A DNA stretch of 64,000 nucleotides from Eledone cirrhosa. Lineage: Eukaryota. The notes below the pieces were generated by a model. That model was not told the origin of the DNA and made no database searches. It was given only the letters and a program-made list of their open reading frames with translations. Positions 1 through 12,279 of the stretch are shown here, piece after piece (position 1 is the first letter of the stretch; each line of letters starts with the position of its first letter). The DNA lies in contig OZ024740.1 of NCBI GenBank assembly GCA_964016885.1, positions 125,674,001-125,738,000 of the forward strand, written 5' to 3'. A program made the translations under genes and the position numbers.

Positions 1-699
1 TATATAGCATAAGATGTACTGAAGGACAATGTGGAGATAAAAATATAGTGTACATATGTGAGACAGCTCGTAGTTTAGGGGAACGGATAAATGAACACTG
101 GCGAGGCCTTCAAGATAGTAAATAATCATCTGGCCTCTACCAACATGGTAAAATAGAACATAATGGTAAATTAGAGAACATAGAAATAAAAATAGAATCT
201 ACACACAGAAAAGACGCAATGGTTAGACAAATCACAGAGGCAATAAACATAAATGAATTACAACCAAAATTAAATAGAAAACATAAGTGGAACAGCAACA
301 TCACAACTTACAATTAAGGACAAGATGAAAACACACACGCACATAGAACAAACAACCAACCAGTAACATGTAAATAAACAAATAAATAAACGAATATAAA
401 CACACACAGACACTCGGATGTAACACATGCGCAAACTAAGCACACAACACACACACAAAAACAAGATGGCGTAGGACAGAACAAAGGAGAGGCACAAAAA
501 AAACAAAGAAAAGAATCCCCAGTCACTGAAGAGGTCACAGAATGTGTGACGAAAGAACTTTGACAATATATAAACAACCATCTGGTTGTGGAAGCAACCA
601 ACCAACCGGAAATTTATTAATTTATTATAATAAATTGAAGTGAAAGCAACTGGTGCGTGTGATTCTTATTGGAAACATGACCCGCCCAAAGTATAGCAA

Positions 700-700
<1 letters not shown>
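1..700 (+). mobile_element. 3' end of a decayed Penelope-like element (GIY-YIG endonuclease remnant + 3' pLTR)
   Basis: Frame from nt 3 reads YSIRCTEGQCGDKNIVYICETARSLGERINEHW...*...RQITEAI...PKLNRK.KWN, a GIY-YIG pattern with one stop. It is homologous to the EN at 8700-9000. The terminus TGACCCGCCCAAAGTAT resembles TGACCCTCCCAAGTAT at ~11651-11666. Confidence 0.85.
522..564 (+). ncRNA. Minimal type I hammerhead ribozyme in PLE pLTR
   Basis: GTCA-CTGAAGA-G-GTCACA(gaatg)TGTGAC-GAAA-GAAC-TT-TGAC: intact core, 6-bp stem II, stem I GTCA/TGAC, very short stem III. Confidence 0.65.
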
Positions 701-1715
<1,015 letters not shown>

Positions 1716-2050
1716 TTAGAAAGTGAGGTTTTTTTTACAAATTGAAAAATAACCGAGTTGTCCTACACGAGTGAAAGTATAAAGAAAAAGAGATGAAATC
1801 GAAAATGCAACTGGAGTTTTATGTTTTTTAAAAATATATATATTTATTTGGTTCCTTTACCGGTTTAGCAGTTCTTCTGCTTTTCAAAAGTAGAGTTGAG
1901 ATGGAGCGTCTGTAGTTTTTCTCACATCATATATATATATATGTGTATATATATATTTATATATATATATATTTATATATTTATATATATATATATTTAT
2001 ATAATATATTTATATATATATATTTATATATATTTATATATATACATATA

Positions 2051-2112
<62 letters not shown>

Positions 2113-2130
2113 CATATATATATTTATATA

Positions 2131-3068
2131 TTGGTATAATTTCACCCAAACTTTAGGAGTCCTATAATGAAACGAGACGTCCGTCTGGGAAGAGATATAT
2201 TAGATATGTCTCATTTGAAATAATACAGCCAATTTTCCACGCAATACTTTTAGTTAGCACCCCGAACACATAATTGGGAATATAATCACTTATTTCCTAA
2301 TGTTTGTTGAGTGAGTTGAAATTTGGCCGGAGTATCGCTAAAAAGCTTTCTCCGATATTGTATTTATTTACTTACTCTTGGTGCAGCAGATTTGAAAAAA
2401 ATTCCCGGTATAAGGTTAGCATTCCTTTGTTTATTTTTTATATATGAATATTGATTGTTCCTTATATCTCATTCTGTTATTTTGCCCGAGAAAATATCTG
2501 TGTGTGTCATCAAATGTTGTACACACATAGACATTTTTTCAATTTCCAATTGAGTTCTTAGCACGTGGCCTGAATTCCTTTCAGAGTTCATTGTCAAGCG
2601 CATGTATTGTTTTTTTTTGGCGGTAATTCACTGCCTCAATTTTTTAATCAGTTCGAGCACTTCTTTCAGAACTGCTGGACTGGCTACCTGACAGATACCT
2701 CAGGCACAGAAAGTGATTATCGCTAAATGCTGATGTTGGTTAGATTATCAATATTAGTATTATTGGGGCACCCACTGACGAATTATAGGAGCCCACTTGA
2801 ATATATATCTATTGATGGTATACAAGCTCCTACATAAATTGGTATAATTTCACCCAAATTGTAGGAGTCCTATAATGAAACGAGACGTCCGTCTGGGAAG
2901 AGATATATTAGATATGTCTCATTTGAAATAATACAGCCAATTTTCCACGCAATACTTTTAGTTAGTACCTCGAACACATAATTGCGAATATAATCAATTA
3001 TTTCCTAATGTTTGTTGAGTGAGTTGGAATTTGGCCGGCGTATCGCTAAAAAGCTTTCTCCGATATTG

Positions 3069-3078
<10 letters not shown>
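2131..3078 (+). mobile_element. Non-autonomous PLE-like/retrozyme element: 709-bp period, ~238-bp terminal direct repeats, flanked by (TA)n
   Basis: 2131-2368 is repeated at 2840-3078 with a few substitutions. No ORF. It contains an HHR at 2771-2897. Confidence 0.8.
2771..2897 (+). ncRNA. Type I hammerhead ribozyme with long branched stem II
   Basis: CCCA-CTGACGA-ATTATAGGA[~77 nt: hairpins CTTG..CAAG and CTCCTACA..TGTAGGAG]TCCTATAAT-GAAA-CG(AGACGTC)CG-TC^TGGG. Confidence 0.8.
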
Positions 3079-3115
<37 letters not shown>

Positions 3116-3222
3116 ATTTATATATATATATTTATATATATTTATATATATATATTTATATATATTTATCTATATATATTTATATATATTTATATATATA
3201 TTATATATATATATATTTATAA

Positions 3223-3265
<43 letters not shown>

Positions 3266-3374
3266 ATATATATATTGATATATATATATATATTGATATA
3301 TATATTGATATATATATATATTAAGATATATATTATATATATATATATTGATATATATATATTAAGATATATAT

Positions 3375-3408
<34 letters not shown>

Positions 3409-3540
3409 TTCAGTTATTAGGAGTATTCCAAAGCTTGGTAGAACAAGTTGTGAGGAAAGTTCTCAACATACGTTAAGGTGACTCGACAGGTTGGTAGGGA
3501 TTCTGTAGTGGAAACACGAACAAACGAGGAGTGTAATCAA

Positions 3541-4533
3541 AGAAGAGAAATAGGACGAAGGTAAACAATTACAAAAGAATTTAATCCACGTATTTACAAT
3601 TGTTTCATCAGAATTTCAGTCCATTATTGCTACACTAAGTTATAATAGGCAATCAAGAAAGAATTTTCAAAATACAAAGTTGGAATGACCTTAGGAAATG
3701 AAATAAGGGGTAGTAGTGTAAGATAGAGGAACAGAGAGAGAGAGAGGGGCAAAAGAGAGGGAGAGAGAGAGAGAGAGAGAGAAAAGGGATAGAGGAAGGG
3801 AGAGAAAGAGATAGTGTGGTGTGAGAGGATTTGTATAGGAAGGGGGAGGAGGGATGTGTGCTAAAAGTTGTGATGAGTAGAGGGAGAGAGAAGGAAGATA
3901 GAATTTTAAGAGGCATTTGGAAGTGGACAGGCGAAAGTTTGACCAGGGAACAGATGAAGGAAGAAAGTATTAAATTTCATATATAGTCTATTTTTAGGGG
4001 TGTAGAATTGTTATTTAGGGTAGAAAGATAGGTAGTGTTAGGATTTGGTTGAAGGTTTGAAGTGTGAGAATTTCGCTTTAATACTTTCTTCCTTCATCTG
4101 TTCTCTGGTAAGACCATCGCCTGTCCACTTCCAAATGCCTCTTAAAATTCTATCTTCCTTCTCTCTCCCTCTACTCATCACAACTTTTAGCACACATCCC
4201 TCCTCCCCCTCCCTATACAAATCCTCTCACACCACACTATCTCTTTCTCTTTCTCTCCCTTCCTCTATCCCTTTTCTCTCTCTCTCTCTCTCTCTCTCCC
4301 TCTCTTTTTCCCCTCTCACTCTCTCTGTTCCTCTATCTTACACTACTACCCCTTATTTCATTTCCTAAGGTCATTCCAACTTTGTATTTTGAAAATTCGG
4401 ATGCCACAGTATCTTTCTTGATTGCCTATTATAACATAGTGTAGCAATAATGGACTGAAATTCTGATGAAACAATTGTAAATACGTGGATTAAATTCTTT
4501 TGTAATTGTTTACCTTCGTCCTATTTCTCTTCT
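3541..4533. repeat. Long inverted repeat (arms ~3541-3974 and ~4077-4533), PLE pLTR-like, in (TA)n
   Basis: The arms are reverse complements, including a GA/CT microsatellite. The right arm carries an HHR; the left-arm copy has a ~15-nt deletion in stem II. Confidence 0.9.
4384..4484 (+). ncRNA. Variant (U3-A8) type I hammerhead with extended stem II
   Basis: GTATT-TTGAAAA-T-TCGGA[~60 nt]TCTGA-T-GAAA-CAATTG-TA^AATAC: stem I GTATT/AATAC, palindromic stem III, GUA site. Confidence 0.7.
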
Positions 4534-4604
4534 ATATATATATATATAAATATATATATATATTGTAATAATAATAAATTTGAAGACTAAAATCCAAAGA
4601 CGGC

Positions 4605-4679
<75 letters not shown>

Positions 4680-4898
4680 TTATATATATATATATATATG
4701 TTTATATATATATATATATATGTTTATATATATATATATATGTTTATATATATATATATGTTTATATATATATATATGTTTATATATATATGTTTATATA
4801 TATATATGTTTATATATATATATGTTTATATATATATATGTTTATATATATATATATGTTTATATATATATATATATGTTTATATATATATATATGTT

Positions 4899-5006
<108 letters not shown>

Positions 5007-5550
5007 TATATATATATGTTTATATATATATATGTTTATATATATATATATGTTTATATATATATATGTTTATATATGTTTATATATATATGTTTATGTT
5101 TATATATATATGTTTATGTTTATATATATATGTTTATATATATATATATATATGTTTATATATATATATATATGTTTATATATATATATATATGTTTATA
5201 TATATATATGTTTATATATATATATATGTTTATATATATATATATATGTTTATATATATATATGTTTATATATATATGTTTATATATATATGTTTATATA
5301 TATATATATATGTTTATATATATATATGTTTATATATATATGTTTATATATATATGTTTATATATATATATATATATATGTTTATATATATATATATGTG
5401 TTTATATATATATATGTTTATATATATATATATGTTTATATATATATATATGTTTATATATATATGTTTATATATACATATATATATATATATACATATC
5501 TTTATATATATACATATGTTTATATATATATATATATATATATACATATG

Positions 5551-5582
<32 letters not shown>

Positions 5583-5849
5583 AACGGAAAAAATGAAACG
5601 AAATTACATTTCCCACTCTTAGTACGGCTGTTTCTTAAATATAAGTATGTACACGTACATACATATATGTATACAGACGTACAGTAGTATGTATATATAT
5701 ATATACATACATGCACACACATATATATGTACGTATGGATTCACCGAACATTTATTATAATGCTCGGTGTGTTTGTAATCTAACATCCCGTATTAAGCCG
5801 TAGTGTCCAGCAACCATCGTTGCTCGTTTGTTCAACACTGACAAAGGAA

Positions 5850-5890
5850 CGCTGTACTAGTTTCAAGCTTATTATCTATCGTCAGCAACG
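5850..5890 (-). ncRNA. Minimal type I hammerhead (416-bp family; one stem II mismatch)
   Basis: Reverse complement reads CGTTG-CTGACGA-TAGAT-AATA-AGCTT-GAAA-CTAG-TA^CAGCG. Confidence 0.8.
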
Positions 5891-6265
5891 TATACCTTCC
5901 TGCCAGATTGTTGAACGTATATACTTACCTTATGCATATTAACGGCTGAGTAGACCAATTTGCATATTGAGTGGGTTAATCGGCCGGGTGCACCGAAAAC
6001 GATAAATAGAAAAAATGAAACGAAATTTCATTTCCCACTCTTAGTACGGCTATTTCTTAAATATAAGTATGTACACGTACATACATATATGTATACAGAC
6101 GTACAGTACTATGTATATATATATACATGCACCCACATATATATGTACGTATGGAATCACCGAACATTTATTATAATGCTCGGTGTGTTTGTAAACAAAC
6201 ATCCTGTATTAAGCCGTAGTGTCCAGCAACCATCGTTGCTAGTTTTTTCAACACTGACAAAGGAA

Positions 6266-6306
6266 CGCTGTACTAGTTTCAGGCTTATTAGCTATCGTCA
6301 GCAACG
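6266..6306 (-). ncRNA. Minimal type I hammerhead (416-bp family)
   Basis: Reverse complement reads CGTTG-CTGACGA-TAGCT-AATA-AGCCT-GAAA-CTAG-TA^CAGCG. Confidence 0.8.
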
Positions 6307-6716
6307 TATACCTTCCTGCCAGATTATTGAACGTATATACCTATCTTATGCATATTAAGGGCTGAGTAGCCCACTTTGCATATTGAGTGGGTTAATCGGC
6401 CGGGATGTTTCTTTTCAAACACACCGAGCATTATAATAAATGTTCGGTGAATCCATACGTACATATATATGTGTGTGCATGTATATATATATACATACTA
6501 CTGTACGTCTGTGTACATATATGTTTGTACGTGTACATACTTATATTTAAGAAACAGCCGTACTAAGAGTGGGAAATGAAATTTCGTTTCATTTTTTCCG
6601 TTTATCGATATCGGTGCACCCGGCCGATTAACCCACTCAATATGCAAATTGGGCTACTCAGCCGTTAATATGCATAAGGTAAGTATATACGCTCAACATT
6701 CTGGCAGGAAGGTATA

Positions 6717-6757
6717 CGTTGCTGACGATAGCTATTAAGCTTGAAACTAGTACAGCG
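6717..6757 (+). ncRNA. Minimal type I hammerhead (416-bp family)
   Basis: CGTTG-CTGACGA-T-AGCT(ATTA)AGCT-T-GAAA-CTAG-TA^CAGCG; predicted cleavage after A6752. Confidence 0.9.
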
Positions 6758-7009
6758 TTCCGTTATCAGTGTTGAACAAACGAGCAACGATGGTTGCTGG
6801 ACACTACGGCTTAATACGGGATGTTTGTTTACAAACACACCGAGCATTATAATAAATGTTCGGTGAATCCATACGTACATATATATATGTGTGCATGTAT
6901 GTATATATATATATATATATACATACAACTGTACGTCTGTATACATATATGTATGTACGTGTACATACTTATATTTATATATATATATGTTTATATATAT
7001 TAATATATT

Positions 7010-7151
<142 letters not shown>

Positions 7152-7165
7152 TATATATATATATT

Positions 7166-7199
<34 letters not shown>

Positions 7200-7213
7200 T
7201 ATATATATATATT

Positions 7214-7244
<31 letters not shown>

Positions 7245-7254
7245 ATATATATTA

Positions 7255-7286
<32 letters not shown>

Positions 7287-7386
7287 ATATGTAAAAGTTC
7301 TATTTAAATTGTTGGGATACAACAAGGAAATATTTTTATAACTGATATAAAGCACTCAACAAATAATTGGAATAAAAATACGATCG

Positions 7387-7459
<73 letters not shown>

Positions 7460-7597
7460 ATATATATATGTATATACATTTATATATATATATATTTATA
7501 TATATATTTATATATTTATATATATATTTATATATTTATATATATATATATATTTACGATATTAAATAAATGGAAACTATATTTATAAAACGATATT

Positions 7598-7662
7598 TAT
7601 TTCACTATACATATTTCAGGGATACCAAATTAAAATATGGTATGCCTTCATCAGATAAAATA
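7598..7662 (-). ncRNA. Type I hammerhead ribozyme in solo pLTR-like fragment (~7556-7815)
   Basis: Reverse complement reads TATTTTAT-CTGATGA-AGG-C-ATACCA(10 nt)TGGTAT-C-CCT-GAAA-TATGTA-TA^GTGAAATA. Confidence 0.8.
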
Positions 7663-8689
7663 CAATATATAAACAGTTTTATAAATAATTTTTACGTACC
7701 CTATTAGATGCAACCGTTATTTTTGGAAGCTGTATCTCCAGAAACTTGTCGAGTGCTTTATATCAGTTATAAAATATTTACTTGTTGTATCCCATCAATT
7801 TTAAATATAACTTTTCATATATATATATTTATATATTTATATATATATATGTATATAAATATATATATATATTTATATATATATATATGTATATAAATAT
7901 ATATATATATTTATATATATATTTATATATATTTATATATATATATTTATATATATATACTTATATATATATTTATACATATTTATATATTTATATACAT
8001 ATTTATACATATTTATATATATATATATTTATATACATATTTATACATATTTATATATATATATATTTATATATAACGCCGATGAATTAGTTTTGCGAAG
8101 TTTTTGATATGAAATCGTCTGTCGAAACAAATATTGTTATACTTGGGGAGGGTGATATTTGTGTAATATTGCCAGAATTAATAACAGAACACACTCACTG
8201 TTTGGTTGCTTTTCGCTTTTCGCTTCTGTGTCTTTTATAACGGTTAACTTAATTTATTCGGTCCTCAAAGTTGCCATTTACTGACCAACGGTCAAAAATA
8301 CAGATACAATATAGACACAGACACATATATATAGTTTTTCTAACTTCTTTCGTTTAAAAATCTGCAACATCGTCAGTGGTGCTATTGTTTCCTCCCGTTG
8401 CATTGTATTTTCTACGCCATCTTTATTTAGTCTGTTTATATATTTATTTATTCGTTTTTTTGTTGTTTTTTTGTCTTCTTTGCGTGTGTGTATTGTGATT
8501 TGTTTGATATGTGTTCGTGATTGGGTGACTGTGTATTGGTTAATGTATTCTATCTTTACTAGGGTGAGTTTATATGTCTTTGTTGTTATTCTGCTTGTGT
8601 ATGTATTTATTTATTTATCTATTTATTTATACTTCTCTTAGGTCAGTTTTGTTTGTTTGGGTTTTGTTGTTATTCCATTCATTCTTTCT

Positions 8690-11030
8690 GTTTAGCCTTG
8701 GCCTTCTAAGTTCTATTTCACTGGCCTCTCTGTTTTGCCTATCTGCTGGGTCATTTCTATGTTTAGATATTATTCTAATTTCTATGTTGTCTATGTTACC
8801 GTCATGTTGTCTGGCATGTTCGTATAGTACTGAACCGTTTTTTCGTCCTTTTAGTTCCCCCAGTGTTGCTCTATCCTTTCACCTATGCTACGAGCTGTCT
8901 CGCCTATGTATGTTGCTGTCATGTTTCTGCAAGTACCCTCTGTACATCTTATGCTATAGACTACGTTTATAGTTTTACAGTTTATCCGGGGGTTTACCTT
9001 ACATATGATACATTTCCTATTAGTACAGTGGGTTTTCTTAAAATGGTAAGTTTTGCTGATCAGGGATTTTATGGTGGTTCCTGGCTTTTCTACCACCTAA
9101 ATCTTTAAGTGGGTCTTTCTCAGGGCCTTTCTACACTGGTTAGCTAATTTCATTCCACGGGTAGCATCCACAAACATGACACTCTGGTATCTCTGGTTGT
9201 CGTACCATGAGGTGGCTTTCCCTATCTTATGTCTAGCCGTATCTAAGCTATTCCATGATTTGCTCCTGTATAATGGGCAAATTCCTTTCATGTCCAGTTC
9301 TATGAGGGTCTTATACTTCTCCGTGGCTCCTTCGTATACTCTGATTCTGTCTCTTTGGTTGCAGCCAGAGAACTGCATACGATTGATGAAGTTTTGGATG
9401 TGCCTTTCCATTTGTTGGGTCGCACATGCGGGACACGTTCTTCATCACTTGTACCAAGTCTGCGATCAGAATATTAAACTTAGCACTACTGGACATTGCT
9501 GAGTTTTTGAGTATCAGGTATTTGGAGGCCATGGGTTTAGCATAGTGTGAGTGGAGAATTTGGTCTCTCTCATCTATAGTGTTAATCCAGAGTTCCGTGT
9601 CTAACACAGGTAGTCTATTGTTAGGGTGTTTGGAAGTTATACTCTGGTGTATGGAATTAGCTATCTGCTGGATGCTTTCCATTGTGCTACGTTCTAAATC
9701 AAACCTGTTAGTGCTCTCTTGTGGGGATGTTCTCATAACTATATTGATATCGTCTACGTAACGAGAGTACATGATGAGGTCTATGGAGCTCTCATTAAGG
9801 AGATCTTTAAGTCTCCTTTCCCACCATACCTTAAAAAGGCTGGCAACTTCACCAGCTATGCTGACGCCAATGGCTGCTCCCTCAATTTGGGTGTAGATCT
9901 TCTCGTTGAACTTGAATATGTGGCCCTTTAGGGTAGTTTTGATACTAGCCCCTATTGCATCTGCGACCATTTTTCTTACCTGATCATTGTTTTGGGGGGT
10001 CCGTATAGCTTTGGTCCACCCAATGCACCTTCCCATGGGAGTCTTTTTCTGCCATTGAAGTTATGGTGGCGGGGTCTTTCTCTTATTGGTCTACTGGGGC
10101 AGAAACGTCTAAGGTCATGGTTGTCTAGGTAGTCAGTGCTTTTAGTTAAGTCTAAGTAGGAGGCCCAGTTCGTTTGTGTCGACGTCACAGAACTCCACCT
10201 CACTCACAATGATCATCTCCACACATTTTTCCACAGCAAAATCAATGTTAATGGATGGGTACAGTGATACCACATCCATGCTGCCTATTATGCAGTTGGA
10301 TAGGTTCCTGTTTTTGTTGCACTCACTGATTCTGCTGAGGAGGTCCTCTGTACTGTCACATACATGTGGGGACATCATGATTATGGGGCGTATAACCATT
10401 GAGAGGAAGTAGGAGGTCCTGTAGTTGCTAGCTATATTTGCTCCGCATACGGGTTTTGTTGGTGGTCCTGTTGTCGGGTCGTCGACTGTCTTGTGGTCTT
10501 TGCGGAGCCCATACAAGGGTGGTATGCCATTGTTAGACGCCTGGAAGTTGTTGGCAGTACGTCTGCTTGGCTCTAGGATGTCGGTCCACATCATCATGTG
10601 AGCGTTGAGGATTTTCTCTGTCCATGTATTTACCATGTATTTGCTGTGCAATTTCGCTCGTGTTGGTGATGTGGCGCTGCATAGCCTTGATGTAGTTCGG
10701 CATGCTGTCTATTGACATCCTACCAGACTTATTCTTGGGTAGACATACTACCTCACCTCCCTTGTGCGCTGCTTGAGGCTAACCAAGCCTTCTACAGGTT
10801 TCCACCCAAGTTGTTGGACCTCTGGTCTGCTCTGTCTCTTAGTATACCGGTATACTATTTGTCTAATCTTATTTCCAGCTATGGTGAACTGTGCCTCTGT
10901 CTCGTCATCTATTTGTTGTGTATGCAAACTCTTTTATTAAAGGGTAACCTCGTAGGATAGATATTACCCATGTTATATGTTTTGTCAGCTGGGTTGAAGA
11001 ATAGTTTCTCTAAGGGTTGTCATTATATCT
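8690..11030 (-). pseudogene. Frameshifted PLE RT-GIY-YIG ORF
   Basis: Fragments in several frames: NKSGRMS (DKxG-like), LYGLRKDHK..PTKPVCG, GSMDVVSLYPSI (RT motif A), GAAIGVSIAGEVA (B'), SRYVDD (C), LPVLD, YAKPMAS, CxxxxCxxC, VVYSIRC..YIGETARSIGERIEQH. Confidence 0.92.
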
Positions 11031-11424
11031 ATCGTCATAGTTGTGTGTGTTGCTATTATTGTTATTATGGTGTAGAACTTAGAAGGCCAAGGCTAAACAG
11101 AAAAAATGAATGGAATAACAACACCCAAACAAACAACACTGACCTAAGAGAATTATAAATAAATAAATAAATAGATAAATAAATAAATACATACACAAGC
11201 ACAATAACAACAAACACATATAAACACACACTAGTAAAGATAGAATATATTAACCAATACACAGTCACCCAATCACGAACACACATCAAACAAAACACTA
11301 TACACACACGCAAATGCACGCGCAAAGAAGACAACAAAAACAAAAAAAAACAAATAAATAAATATATAAACAGACTAAATAAAGATGGCGTAGAAAATAC
11401 AATGCAACGGGAGGAAACAATAGC

Positions 11425-11466
11425 ACCACTGACGATGTTGCAGATGAGCAACCAAAGAACTTTGAT
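11425..11466 (+). ncRNA. Degenerate hammerhead in PLE pLTR (paralogues at 8338-8380 and 26787-26828, minus strand)
   Basis: ACCA-CTGACGA-T-GTTGC(agatga)GCAAC-cAAA. The three copies carry different lesions; their consensus is CTGACGA-T-GTTGCA-GATG-TGCAAC-GAAA. Confidence 0.6.
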
Positions 11467-11759
11467 AAACTATATATATATGTGTTTGTGTCTATATTGT
11501 ATCTGTATTTTTAACCGTTGGTCAGTCAATGGCAACATTGAGGACCGAATAAATTAAATTAACCGATATAAAAGACACAGAAACGAAAAGCGAAAAGCAA
11601 CCAAACAGTGAGTGTGTTCTGTTATTAATTCTGGCAATATTAGACAAATATGACCCTCCCAAGTATTTATATATATATTTACATATAATGTCATATGTCC
11701 CAAGGCTCTGATACCATCAACACTATAAACACAGAGCTGGCATATCTAAGAACTGACTA

Positions 11760-11815
11760 ACTGCCTGATGAGGTCATAGCCATTCAATGGCTATCATCGA
11801 ACTATATATAGCAGT
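11760..11815 (+). ncRNA. Type I hammerhead (GAAA->GAAC) in solo pLTR-like fragment (~11690-11860)
   Basis: ACTGC-CTGATGA-GGT-C-ATAGCCAT(TCA)ATGGCTAT-C-ATC-GAAC-TATATA-TA^GCAGT. Confidence 0.75.
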
Positions 11816-12025
11816 AAATAAAGGATTATGAGTTCATGCAATTGACTTATGTTTCGTCACTATATTTATATATATATATTTATATATATATTTTTATATA
11901 TATTTATATATCTATATTTATATATATATTTATATATATATTTATATATATATATTTATATATATATTTATATATATATATTTATATATATATTTATATA
12001 TATACATTTATATATATATTTATAT

Positions 12026-12273
12026 ATAGTATTAGTTATACTATTTATGGTTATGTAAACACAAAACCTTAAGCAGTTGTAAGTATTTTACACACACCCT
12101 AAATAGTGGTAGGCAGTAATGTATTACTACCTTATTACCAGTAAGTTAAGTAGCTCAATGTAAAAACATCAGATGATTTACAGAGCAGTTATATGAAATA
12201 TAAGAATCAAAGAACTGTTCAAAACATTATTGTGCTTACAGCTGTTTCCTCCAAACCGAGGTTTGGATTCTTC
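12026..12273 (-). repeat. 3' pseudo-LTR
   Basis: Appears identical to 16225-16472 (offset 4199). Confidence 0.95.
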
Positions 12274-12279
12274 GGAGCA
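12233..12279 (-). ncRNA. Variant (U4C) minimal hammerhead at the pLTR boundary
   Basis: Reverse complement reads TGCT-CCGAAGA-A-TCCAAACC(TC)GGTTTGGA-G-GAAA-CAGCTG-TA^AGCA. Confidence 0.75.

Larger units (their letters stand above)
5582..6975. mobile_element. Retrozyme-like ~416-bp repeat: two tandem units followed by inverted partial and near-full units
   Basis: Units at 5582-6003 and 6004-6404, inverted from ~6403 to 6975. Each complete unit carries an HHR. The array is flanked by (TA)n. Confidence 0.9.
8140..11665 (-). mobile_element. Decayed Penelope-like element with inverted terminal copy
   Basis: ~8140-8715 is the reverse complement of ~11074-11665. Internal RT and GIY-YIG remnants lie on the minus strand. 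Confidence 0.92.

Noticed and set aside
5960-6358. 132-aa ORF recurring in the 416-bp repeat
   Set aside because: It is antisense to the ribozyme strand, runs through a variable TA tract, is broken in other copies and has no recognisable domain.
8085-8130. CCGATGA...GAAATCGTC hammerhead-like string
   Set aside because: Stems I-III pair too poorly to support a call.
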